The notes below the pieces were generated by a model. It was not told where the DNA came from and searched no databases. It saw only the letters and a list, made by a program, of their open reading frames with translations. A stretch of DNA of 64,000 nucleotides from Nitrospirales bacterium. GTDB lineage: Bacteria > Nitrospirota > Nitrospiria > Nitrospirales > UBA8639. The stretch covers positions 128,001 to 192,000 of the forward strand of contig CBDBCZ010000009.1 of assembly GCA_965203295.1 (NCBI GenBank). The letters are read 5' to 3'. The position numbers were made by a program, and so were the translations under genes. Below are positions 53,454-64,000 of the stretch, in pieces. The stretch's first letter is position 1; each line of letters opens with the position of its first letter.

Positions 53454-54060
53454 ATCCCACAGGGTCAGCTGCAAGTGTTTTTGTTTCAACCACTCTATGA
53501 AGAGTTGTGGGTTGGATGTACTGATGGAGGAGTCAGAGGAGGAAGGGGAGGGGCATGCCAATACACACCTCCAGATCACTGATATGTGAGTAGTATGTAT
53601 GAAGTTCACAGCAGTACCTGGCTTTCAAAAATTATTGATACTGAATGGCCACAGTCATTGAAGGAAAGTTTAGAATGTGCAGAGTTTGAACTGTTGCTAA
53701 CTATAGTTGCAATGTTGTCGTCAGCCAGATGTTGAAAAGATGATGTAATTTACTGCGCTGAGCACAGTGTCTCTATGGCAGCAGCTCTTTATCTTGAAGC
53801 TCAGGATAAAGGGAGAGTTGGCTTAAGGCTGTATGTGAGACTGGTGATGAGGGTAAAGGATGGGGATGGGTAATTGGGGTCACGGTGGGTGTGTGGGCCT
53901 GAGATCTCAAGGTCTGTATATGTGTGCGCACTCACGTGTGTGTTGTGTTGTAATAGAGAATAAAAACAAAAAGTGTTTTAGTAGGAACAAATACAGATCT
54001 AGTTACCTAACTAAAACTAATTCTTCAAGAGTGGAAATAAGCTACTGCTAAATTATTAAA

Positions 54061-54482
54061 AAAGGCCACACGAGACCATCCTCCAACACTAGCACTGCTA
54101 CAACTACACTCCCTGGTCATGTCGCAATAGACCCGAACAGCTGTTCCATTAGAGCTTGCGATCCAGTAGTACTCTGATGGGAGTTGGGGGTCGCACTGTG
54201 ACACTTCTAGACAGGATTGTCCTGGAATTGACCTGAACAGTGTACGTGAGGGATATTATTGCGAACAATATTCTAAACGTCTTCAGCAATTTCAGCTCTG
54301 GCCATCTCCAGTTGCTCCTCAGGAGGACAGACCTGCCCCCCTCCCTCCAGTACTGTAGAAGAGTAACTCACTGGTAGTGAGCTATTTTCATGCTGGCTAG
54401 TCACACCTTCCTGGCATGAAATGAGCTGAAGTTCAGCAGCTAGAACGAGTGCAAGAACTGTGTAATATATGCTACTACTCAT
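54061..54482 (-). pseudogene. Truncated family member with a nonsense mutation and a frameshift
   Basis: ATG at 54482; TTG>TAG at 54273-54275; 10-bp deletion in the NPASSC motif; homology ends at GGWSRVAF; TATA at 54544-54550. Confidence 0.88.
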
Positions 54483-56133
54483 TGTGGCTGAACAGCTTGT
54501 ACCCAAGTACATGAGGGTGTGATTGTTGTGACTGAAACGTGCCTTATATACGCAAAGCACCAAATTAAGGCACATTCTATATCCAGGAAATGGAAATTTG
54601 AGAAGCTGTTACCAATGCAAAGTACATGTGTGTTGGAAGGGTCCAGGTATGAGAATCCCCAAATTCATGACAAAAACTCGTCAGAGAGCAGGTTAATACC
54701 AGTTTATATGCAATACAAGATCAGAGGATATAGGACACTATTCCTATAAGGGAATTTCTCCTGAAATCAGAGGCCATGTCCAACCTCCTCTGGACATTAG
54801 TGAACTGTCTACATTGTACCCTGCTGTTGTCAGGGCTACTGTATTGGAATTTCCTGTTGCAGCTAATTAGGCAGACTGTGCAGGTGGTATGCTGGTTCAC
54901 AATACAGTGAAGTAATCATGTACTTAGGTAGTTGTGTACTAGGTGAATGTAGGGCATTGTGGGGTGGGTGGGCATGTGTATGCAACCAAAATTTGACTTA
55001 GCCAATGTGGTCCTTGTGAGCCCACGTTCTGTTTAGCCAATCATCATGGAGTATGGAAGTAGCCTTGTTCCCGGCCTTGTGACTATTTCAGGTACACGAA
55101 AGTGTTAGTTAATAACTAAACAAGCTGCCTAGATGGCTAGTCCATCACATTCACATGGGATATAGTGACTCCAATTATTCGAACCATCTAATTCTTGGAA
55201 TAGCTACCCCAATTTTCCAAGAAAAAACGCAGTCTGTTTCTTGTGTGGAGTTCACATTCCACAGTTAGCTAGCTAGCAAAGGAAGGGAAAATCTGACAAA
55301 AACAAGTCCTGACATTTCATGCAGTCTAAAACACCAGCCGAGCACCTTTTTCGGCTGTGATTCAGAAGTGCGGGAACTTGTAGTGAACATGGCCTGGGTT
55401 CCGGGGGGGCTGGGGGCTGCTTGGTTCAGGGCTGCTCTTACAATTTTTAAAGTTTCATAAGCTTTTTAATCTTTTTAACTTTTTCTAGGAGGCTCCTGCT
55501 GGTTTCGGTAAGACCTTACAGTTAAGCCGAGACCATGGGAATTTCTCCGAAGGGTTTTTTAACAGAGGGAAGACCTATTTGGTCCCCTTTTATAACTTTT
55601 TTAAGAAACCTTTTTAACTATTTTCAATTTATTTTAAATTTCTGCGGTCACGGGCTGGGTGGTCTCTGGTTCTATCCGGGTCCCGGGTTCCCTTGGTTAC
55701 AATCGGAGCTTTTTCTACTCTTTCTATTCTTTTCACTATTTCTCTATTTCATGACTCTATTTTTCTACTTTTTAATTTGCCCATTTGGATTTTATTGTGC
55801 CTGATTTGCAATATGCTCAATTAAATAGGTTATGTGCTTAACTAGACTGTAATGTAAGGGGTTGCAGTAGTGTAGATATAGTTCTGTGGGTTAGGATAGG
55901 TTAGTTTTTTAGGCCTCAAGCTAGTGAGTGCAGTAATAATGATTAGGATACCTTTCAGTTTTCATGGGCCAACTTTAATCTGAGGTGGGAAAGACTGCGA
56001 ATAAGGCTAGGGTGCCCCCACCAAATTCAAGGTCCACTGTAGTACAGCACTGTCAAGGTCCACTGTAGTACTTGTCTTGGCTGAGCTCACACGTGCACAC
56101 TCACAGATGACACTACTGCAGCCAGGTATAGTG

Positions 56134-56301
56134 TAGCCTCGTTCCCAGGCTCTACTGCCCAGCTTTTTTTCGCGCGTAGTAAAATAAGCGGTCAGAGCTG
56201 ATCGCTTATTTTACTACGTGCGAAAAAAGCTCACTGCTTATTTTACTATGTGCGAAAAAAGCTGACTGCTTATTTTACTACGTGTGAAAAAAAGCTGGGC
56301 A
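56134..56301. mobile_element. Inverted-repeat element whose right arm is triplicated (32-bp unit)
   Basis: Left arm AGCTTTTTTTCGCGCGTAGTAAAATAAGC; right-arm unit GCTTATTTTACTACGTGCGAAAAAAGCT at 56204, 56236 and 56268. Confidence 0.65.
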
Positions 56302-56574
56302 AACATTACCCTGCACTGTACAAATGGGACCCTAGACTCTATGCTGGATCACAAACTTGGTTGGTATAGAGCTGTTGGTATAGTACGTGGTAGCAGCTGG
56401 CTGTGGTGTACCCAGAGTGCACTGGCAGTGCTTGCATATGGCTCTATCCAAGCTATGGGCATGACCCATTGCCGTATTAATGTGATGGATGCTTCTCTAT
56501 GTATGTATACCCATGTTATGGTACGCCAATGTGAACACGTGTCCAGAGTCCGCATATGCCCCCGGATAGGCAGA

Positions 56575-56721
<147 letters not shown>

Positions 56722-57046
56722 TCACGACACACACAGATATATCTAGTTCCTTCCTGCATACAACACTACATGGTCGTCCATCCAGACTCAAACCCTGTCC
56801 AGAATATCACCTGGATATAATGTTCCCAACAGATGAGATTTCAGTGGCCCAGTCATGCAAATCTTTGACTGACAAGCTCACCCAAGCTGATCGAGAACCG
56901 TGTTTGATCACACCAGGCCCCTTTTTAATAAACGTTTTTCCTCTCTCTTGGCATGCACTGTAGCTTTCTGGCTCTTTTTACAGGTTCTGTTTTTTGTTCA
57001 TGTCTCACTTCACACATCATGTAATTTGAATTTCATTTCCAAGAAC

Positions 57047-57392
57047 ACATAGCTTGAAACAAATTGGTGGGCATCTGGTGAATGATAAATAATGATTTCC
57101 AAGAACTGTAAATTGCATAGCTTGAAACAAATTGATGGGTATTTGGTGACTGATAAATAATGATTTCCAAGAACCATTACTTGCATAGCTTGAAACAAAT
57201 TGGTGGGCATCTGGTGAATGTTAAGTATATAATAATTTCCAAGAACTGTAAATTGCATAACCTAAAACAATTGGTGGGCATCTGGTGAATGTTAAGTAAT
57301 GATTTCAAAGAACTGTAAATTGTGTAACTTGAAACAAATTGGTACCACCTGACCATTGTTAATTAAGTAATGACTTCCAAGAACTGTAAAAT
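57047..57392. repeat. Degenerate tandem repeat of about 65-70 bp (GCATAGCTTGAAACAAATTGGTGGGCATCTGGTGA...TTCCAAGAACTGTAAATT), about 5 units
   Basis: Directly visible; inverted array at 61375-61625 and a single unit at about 27065-27110. Confidence 0.8.
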
Positions 57393-58351
57393 GTGTGAGG
57401 ATTTGTATGATATTCTGCAGCTAAATTAATTTACTGTGCTGACATTACTGTGGCTGGAGGTAAATTTGAAAACACTCAATTTTGAAATTTACATATTGTA
57501 CTGTATACCATGCAGATTGCCTAATCGGATACATATCCAAAAGCACTTGTACATGTGCCTTTCCTGTGTATACAGACAAGATGTTTGGTGGGGTAGAAAC
57601 TGAGGGGTAGGGTCAACCGCACAACAATTTTTTCCACGATTATTACTGCATGTGCTCATTTCTTGGATGGTATTGTTCGAGAAAGTTAGGTTTTTTTGCG
57701 CGTACGTATACGTAGGACACAGTCCATGTGGGTTTGTAACTAGCATTGCAAATGACAGGTGTGTTGGATTGGAGCCCAAGAGAACATCAGTCAGCACTAG
57801 TAACTGCAATTCACTTCGTACATTACAACTCACCTGCCCTTCATTGATTTTGAGACATACGTACTCACTGGGCACATGTGTATGCCTGTAGTAATGAGCT
57901 TCTTGTCGAGCAATTAAGGAACACACACACTCACATTGATCTTTGAAGTATGAGCAACTTAGGAAGACGTTTCTACAACATTACAATGACACCACAAAAA
58001 TATTTAGAAACATTCCCTTAGCAACCAGTAGCCAGGAAAGCAGAGAGAGGACAGGCTACAATGTACTGAAAACAAACTCCAGACCATAGGGGTAGCCAGG
58101 CATGAGTGAAAGAAAGCAGCAGATACCAATGTATTGTGAACCAGCATACTGTCTGCACAGCCTGCCCACTCAAAACCATGCGGTAGGATGGCAATTACCT
58201 GACTACAACAGGATTTTCCTATACAGTAGCCATGGCAGGGAATAAAGTGGTCATCTACATCACTGTAGACATGCTGGTGAGGTATTGTATGTACATCCCC
58301 TATAGGAACCATATCCTGTACTTATAACTTTCCAATGTTTTGTTTACGTGA

Positions 58352-58491
58352 AGTACTGTAGCAGAGTAACTCACTGGTAGTGAGCTGTTGTCATGCTGGC
58401 TAGTCACACCTTCCTGGCATGAAGAGAGCTGAAGCTCATGATCAGCAGCTAGAACGAGTGCAAGAACTGTATACAAAGCGTTATTACTCAT
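58352..58491 (-). pseudogene. N-terminal fragment (MSNNALYTVL...SYSATVL) with a 2-codon insertion
   Basis: ATG at 58491, TATA at 58553-58559; homology is lost after ATVL. Confidence 0.85.
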
Positions 58492-59660
58492 TGTGACTAA
58501 ATAGCTTGTGTCCAACTGCATGTAACTGTAATCATTGTGACTGGGATATGCCTTATATACTCTAGGAATGGGATATATAGTGCCAAATTAAGTCACATTC
58601 AGGTAGAATATTTTCAAATTAATAGCTTGGAACCATGGCTATATAATATATGTCTAGATTACTTTTCCTATAACTGATTTCCTGGAATTGATGAATGGGT
58701 TGTTGTTTGAGTTTCATTTGAGTAATCACAGCCAAGAGCCAGATTGGTGTGTGTGTGTGTGTCTGGAGGGAGTTCATCAAGAATGTGAATACCGCATTAT
58801 TTTATTGGTGAGCAAATTACTGCATCACTTAATTAAGTCTTTTGACCAACAACAAAAAATAATACAGATGATTCACTATGTTTCCGCATTATTTTTTGTA
58901 GCACTCTTTCTACAATAGAAACGATAATCAACTGCATTGGTTCACATCATTGATCAAATGTGCAAACACATTAGTGACGCATTAATTTGCTCATCGATAA
59001 TGTTTTCTACTATCTTGATGAACTCCATTCATACAGACACACATCAACTTTGCTCTATATTTGCTGTGTTCACTCATTTGAAACTCAAACAACAACCCAC
59101 TGGACAATATTTGTATTAGATTACTTTTCCTGTAACTGAATTACTCCACCCCATGCACTGGTGCATTCCAGATAACAAGCAAAATGATAATTAGCAAGGT
59201 ATATTATCAGTTACACTCCAGTGCAGGGTTCTGGGGAGCAGGAAATAGTTACATCATGTGTGTTTGACAACTCCCACATATCCGTGCAATATTGACAGGA
59301 GTACAGACTAGGCACCAAGCTAGCTAATCAGACACCAACACCAAGCTAGCTAATCAGTGGGTATAGACAAGTTTCTGCATGCCCTATAGCTGTTGCTTGC
59401 TATATCCCATCACGGCTGTTGCCATGTGACTGCATGTACATGTACGTATGCACTAGGACATGGTATTCCAAAATTGTCATGGCTATATAACGTGTGGAAT
59501 GTACTTGCTGTATTTTGTACATTTTATATGGTATGGATTTGCACCTACAAGCAGAGACTGAGCATGCAAAAACATAAATGAAAGTAGGGAACTTATAATC
59601 ATTAGTGATGTCATTGTGATGTTGTATCTTTTCCTAATTTTCCAGTTGATACATACATAC

Positions 59661-59785
<125 letters not shown>

Positions 59786-60654
59786 GGTATACAGTACAAT
59801 ATGTAAATTTCGAAAGGAGTGTTTTCAAATTCACCCCCAGCCATAGTATTTTCAGCACAGTAATTTAATTACCCAATCAGAATATCATACAAATCCTGGG
59901 CACATATTACAGTTATTGATGTGTGTGCTTATAAGTTCCCACTGCTCTGTTGACATGGTACTGTGTTGTTGCCATGGTTATTGTATAGGAATTTCCTGTT
60001 GTTGCTATCCTTTCTCAGCTAATCAGTGAGTGGGCGGGCTATGCAGGTAGTAATATGGTGAAGTAATAATGCACTCAGGTAGTTGTACACTAGGTGAATG
60101 TAGACCATTATAGTACATGATTGTGGGAAGCAAGTACATTATTTCTCCAATACATGAGTATATTATTGCAGAAATGAATGTATGATACGTATTTTTATTT
60201 TACATCACATAATATTCAAGCGCATGGGTAAGGTAGTATTTGTCCAGCCCTCTCTGTTTGGTTGACTGGGCTATAAGACGTGACTCAGAAAGCTTTCCCA
60301 TTCTAGGCCAGGCTTTTATGCTGATTCACCTGTTATATACGTAGCTTAGTACAAATTCTTTACTCTTCCCATATACATACCTTATTCCCTGGTGCATCTG
60401 ATGTCAAAGTGGTACCACTTCACAGACATGCACATGGGGAGTTATGGAGCTTCATGACTATTGTATTGCGTGCACATGATACAGGGGTCGAGATTTGATG
60501 GCAAAGGGTAGGTGGTTTTGCTAGAATGTGACGTCAACCTTTTACTCCTGTGTAAAGCGCAGATGATGAATTCAACCAGCCTCCCCCCTCCTTTGCTTCT
60601 TAATTTTGTGCATGCATGGGGCAGGGAGTCTAGGGGTGACACTACCAATTTAAT

Positions 60655-61211
60655 TACCCCGCGCGCGTATGCGCAAGCGGGGTTAAGTAATCGGTTTTGT
60701 CCGTCTGTTGTCGTTGTCGTCGTCGTTGTCTGTCATAAAAAAAATTGAAAAATCTCTCAAACGGGCGATTTAGAGGCTATAACGACTTCTAAACAGAAGG
60801 CTAACGCTGAAATCCGTGATACATTAGCCTGTCTGTACCTGATATAGTAGAAAGCGGTTTTATTCTCGGCATTTCCACGCTGTTTCTGATTATCGGTGTG
60901 TTCCACCATTTTTTTAATACGGCAAGTGGTCACGCCTTTTTTAATACGGCAGTTGGTCACGCCTATAGCTTGAATACGGACATACGCGAGCCCTCGAGTA
61001 TGGTATAAGAGTCTTTTATTCAACATGGAGCTTAGAAGAGATATTCAGATGGAGGGTGCGGTCTGGGCACGAGACTAAAAGCATACTGGAGTATACGCAG
61101 AGAAACGCATGTATCATTACTACGGCGATCAGCCACGCCTACAGCTCGTATACGGCGTTACAGTCTGCAGGGTCCAGGAGCGCGGGGTATGTCTCTGCTA
61201 GAGACCTCTAG
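60655..61211 (+). mobile_element. DINE-1/HINE-like element, subfamily 2
   Basis: Close copy of 49855-50391 with the same termini; carries a small extra piece ending CTGGGCACGAGACTA at about 61052-61077. Confidence 0.8.
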
Positions 61212-61374
61212 TTTTTAGCTGTTTTGACTGATTAGTGATTGCCAGACTTGCACTGTGGCTAAGAATCTATGTAGGAGCTAGACTGCTAAGTGTGGATGAA
61301 GGTTTGTAGCTGACATTCCTAGCAAGAAATGTAATGTGAAGACTGTTTGTGAGTAGAACATAACTTAAATGAAT

Positions 61375-61890
61375 TCTACAGTTCTTGGAAGTTATTTTAC
61401 AGTTCTTGGAAGTCATTGCCTAAATAACAGTAGTTGGGTGGGTACCAATTTGTTTCAAGCTATGCAATTAATTTGCAGTTCTTGGAAATCATTACTTATC
61501 AGTCACTAGCTGCCCACCAATTTGTTTCAAGCTATGCAATTAATTTGCAGTTCTTGGAAATCATTACTTATCAGTCACTAGCTGCCCACCAATTTGTTCC
61601 ATGCTATGCAATTTACAGTTCTTGAAAATAAAATTCAAATTACATGATGTGTGAAGTGAGACATGAAAAAGGGCAGAACCTGTAAAAAGAGCCAGGAAGC
61701 TACAGTGCATGCCAAGTGAGGGGGAAAAAGTTAATAAAAAGCTGACTGGTGTGATCAAATGCGGCTCTCGATCAGCTTGGGTGAGCTTATCAGTGGAAGG
61801 TTTGCATGACTGGGCCACTGAAATCTCATCTGTAGAGAACATCATATACAGGTGATATCCTAGACAGGCTTTAGAGTCTGAATGGACAAC
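61375..61890 (-). repeat. Inverted duplicate of about 56776-57395
   Basis: The peptide MF(P/S)TDEISVAQSCK.TDKLTQADREP appears on + within the 56556 ORF and on - within the 61564 ORF. Confidence 0.8.
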
Positions 61891-62085
61891 CATATAGTGT
61901 TGTATGATTGCCTAATTGGATACATATCCAAAAGCATTTGTACATGTGCATGTTTTGTGGACATGAGGTTTGGTGGGGTAGAAACTGAGGGGTAGGGTCA
62001 ACCACACAACGATTCCTTCCACGATTATTATTGCATGTGCTCATTACTTGAATAGTATTGTTTGAGAAAGTATTCATACATGTAG

Positions 62086-62965
62086 ACCCAGTGGAAGATC
62101 TGGATATGTGCACGGATCTTGACAAAACGTCAAGTGAAGACAATCTCTCTTCAGGCCTTGTTAGAAAGATGAAGAGACGTGAATTTTGAGTATACTGTCA
62201 CTCTTATAGACGTTTGGTCCATAATACATATATGTATAGGCAGGCACATTTGTTTTCATGAGTGTGTCTACTCTGTCTTATGTAAATATTTTCATACATG
62301 TAGACTCAGTGGAAGATCCGGATCTGTGTATGGATTAAGACGAAACGTCAAGTGAAGACTATCTCTCTTCAGGCCTTGTCAGAAAGATGAAAGACGTGAG
62401 TATTGAGTATATTGTCACTCTTACTAGCACTTGGTGTAATAAACATTTCAATGATATTAGAGTCAATACTCTTATTACTACACAGACGTGCTTAGGAGTG
62501 CTTTTATTCCGTCAAGTGAGGATGAAGATGTGACAGAAACTCAAAGCCACGCCCCTCCAGGTTCGTTTCTGGCTAGTGAAGTATGATTATGCAGATATGT
62601 ATATAAGTAGTGAAGTATGTATGAGTGCCATACGTAATTATAGGCTGGCGTATTTTGTTTCATGATTGTGTCTACTCTGCCTCATAAATCATGTAGACCC
62701 AGTGGACCAGGTGGAAAATCCGAATACAGATCCATGGGATCCTATACTAATTTCACCGGACCCCACCTCAGATGCACTACTAAAGCCTGTCAGTTGGAGA
62801 ATGGAGAATCATGTGCAGCACAGCCATGCTGCATTCGACATTCCAGAAGAAAAACTGTGCATTGGGTTTTCTGTGAGACATGTGAACAAGGGTACCACTC
62901 ATTCTGTGAACATATTACTGCAAAGCACTAAAACTAGTCAGACGATATGTGTGCCATGCCTATAG
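62086..62965 (+). pseudogene. Decayed spliced gene fragment ending in a PHD-type zinc finger (possibly transposon-derived)
   Basis: Duplicated acidic exons (tag|ACCCAGTGG...|gtga), then CAAQPCC...WVFCETCEQGYHSFC and, after a frameshift, ICVPCL*, giving C4HC3 spacing. Stops and frameshifts are present. Confidence 0.55.
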
Positions 62966-64000
62966 AGAATAATTTCTGCCATTGTTATATTTTTATTTCC
63001 TAATACATGCTGTACCAAGAGTAAGAGTTTCATTTTTGACATAATTTTGTTTTTATAACATGCATACTGCACTGTACCATGCTGCGAACATAATAATTTT
63101 TTGGCTGCAGTAACTTAACACTGTTAATAACTATCCATACCCTACCATAACCATGCATAACCCTGTATATATAATGCATGTATAACCCTTGATAACCATG
63201 TATAACATCTCTCATTCTGTATTACCTGCATGCTTATTACTTGCTTTATACTCAATAACCACTCCTACCATTATAACAGGTTATAAGTCACTTTATAGAA
63301 TTCTTGTGGTCCCTATACTGCGCCTGGTCTAAAAGACGAAGATAGCAATTTGCCGCTTTGGTACTCCAGAGATGTTTTTAGCAGTGCTAACAGTCTGGTT
63401 AGTGATGACAACGCTTGAGAATAACAGTCTAGGGCTAATAAGAGCCCTAGACTGCACTGGTACCTACAGCAGCGTTCTGAACATGACATTTAAAATTTTA
63501 ATAGGGAGGCCAATTTTTTTAGGCCATCCCTACATATGGAGCTTTACCGTACTCCGTGATGGTATAAACAGGGTACAATCAATCACATAATGTTTCTTTC
63601 GATTAATGTACAAGTATTTTGGATAGTAATATACAGTACATCGTATGAGAATGGAGTGTGTAGACTACTAAACATTCACTTCCAACCATACGTATTTAGT
63701 CACCTACTTTAGCTGTTACCTGGTCAGACTGAATGAAAAACCATGCCCATCCTCCTCTGCACACACTTACAATTTCCCGTTACACTGTACCTGTTGTTGC
63801 CGTGGCTATTGTGTGGGAACTTCCTGTTGTTGCTGTCCCATCCTCAGCTAATCGGTTGGCTTTTGAGTGGACAGGCTGTGCAGATAGATGCTGGTTCACA
63901 ATAGAGTGAAGTAATTATGCTCCCATCCCATCCCATCCCATTCCATCCCATCCCACTATATAACCCCATCCCAATCCTACAACCTTGCCCTGTTGTTACC

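Overview
Eukaryotic (animal) genomic DNA, roughly 40% GC and rich in microsatellites. The dominant protein family and the repeat style suggest a demosponge, which is inference and not proven. The window is a tandem cluster of one intronless, secreted, cysteine-rich protein family of about 357 aa, all on the minus strand. Each protein has a signal peptide, a fibrinogen/COLFI-like 'NPASSC...YWI...VYCDM...GGW' subdomain and a Cys-rich C-terminal domain. Three copies are open (<1-965, 22300-23370, 51467-52543). About ten are deleted, frameshifted or reduced to fragments, and several TATA/promoter-only copies remain. Between paralogues, differences concentrate in about five short loops on a conserved scaffold. 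Small pieces of coding sequence have also been pasted into rearrangement junctions, one apparently from a diverged paralogue not seen in the window. The spacers are a patchwork of duplicated 0.1-3 kb modules in both orientations, captured exons of unrelated genes, and non-autonomous transposons. These include four DINE-1/HINE-like (Helentron-type) elements, a Kolobok-like element, and piggyBac-, pogo- and hAT-like MITEs, several with paralogous empty sites inside the window. There is also an interstitial TTAGGG tract next to a perfect 26-bp palindrome, and a decayed PHD-finger gene. No rRNA, tRNA or CRISPR array was found. All comparisons were made by eye and repeat boundaries are approximate.
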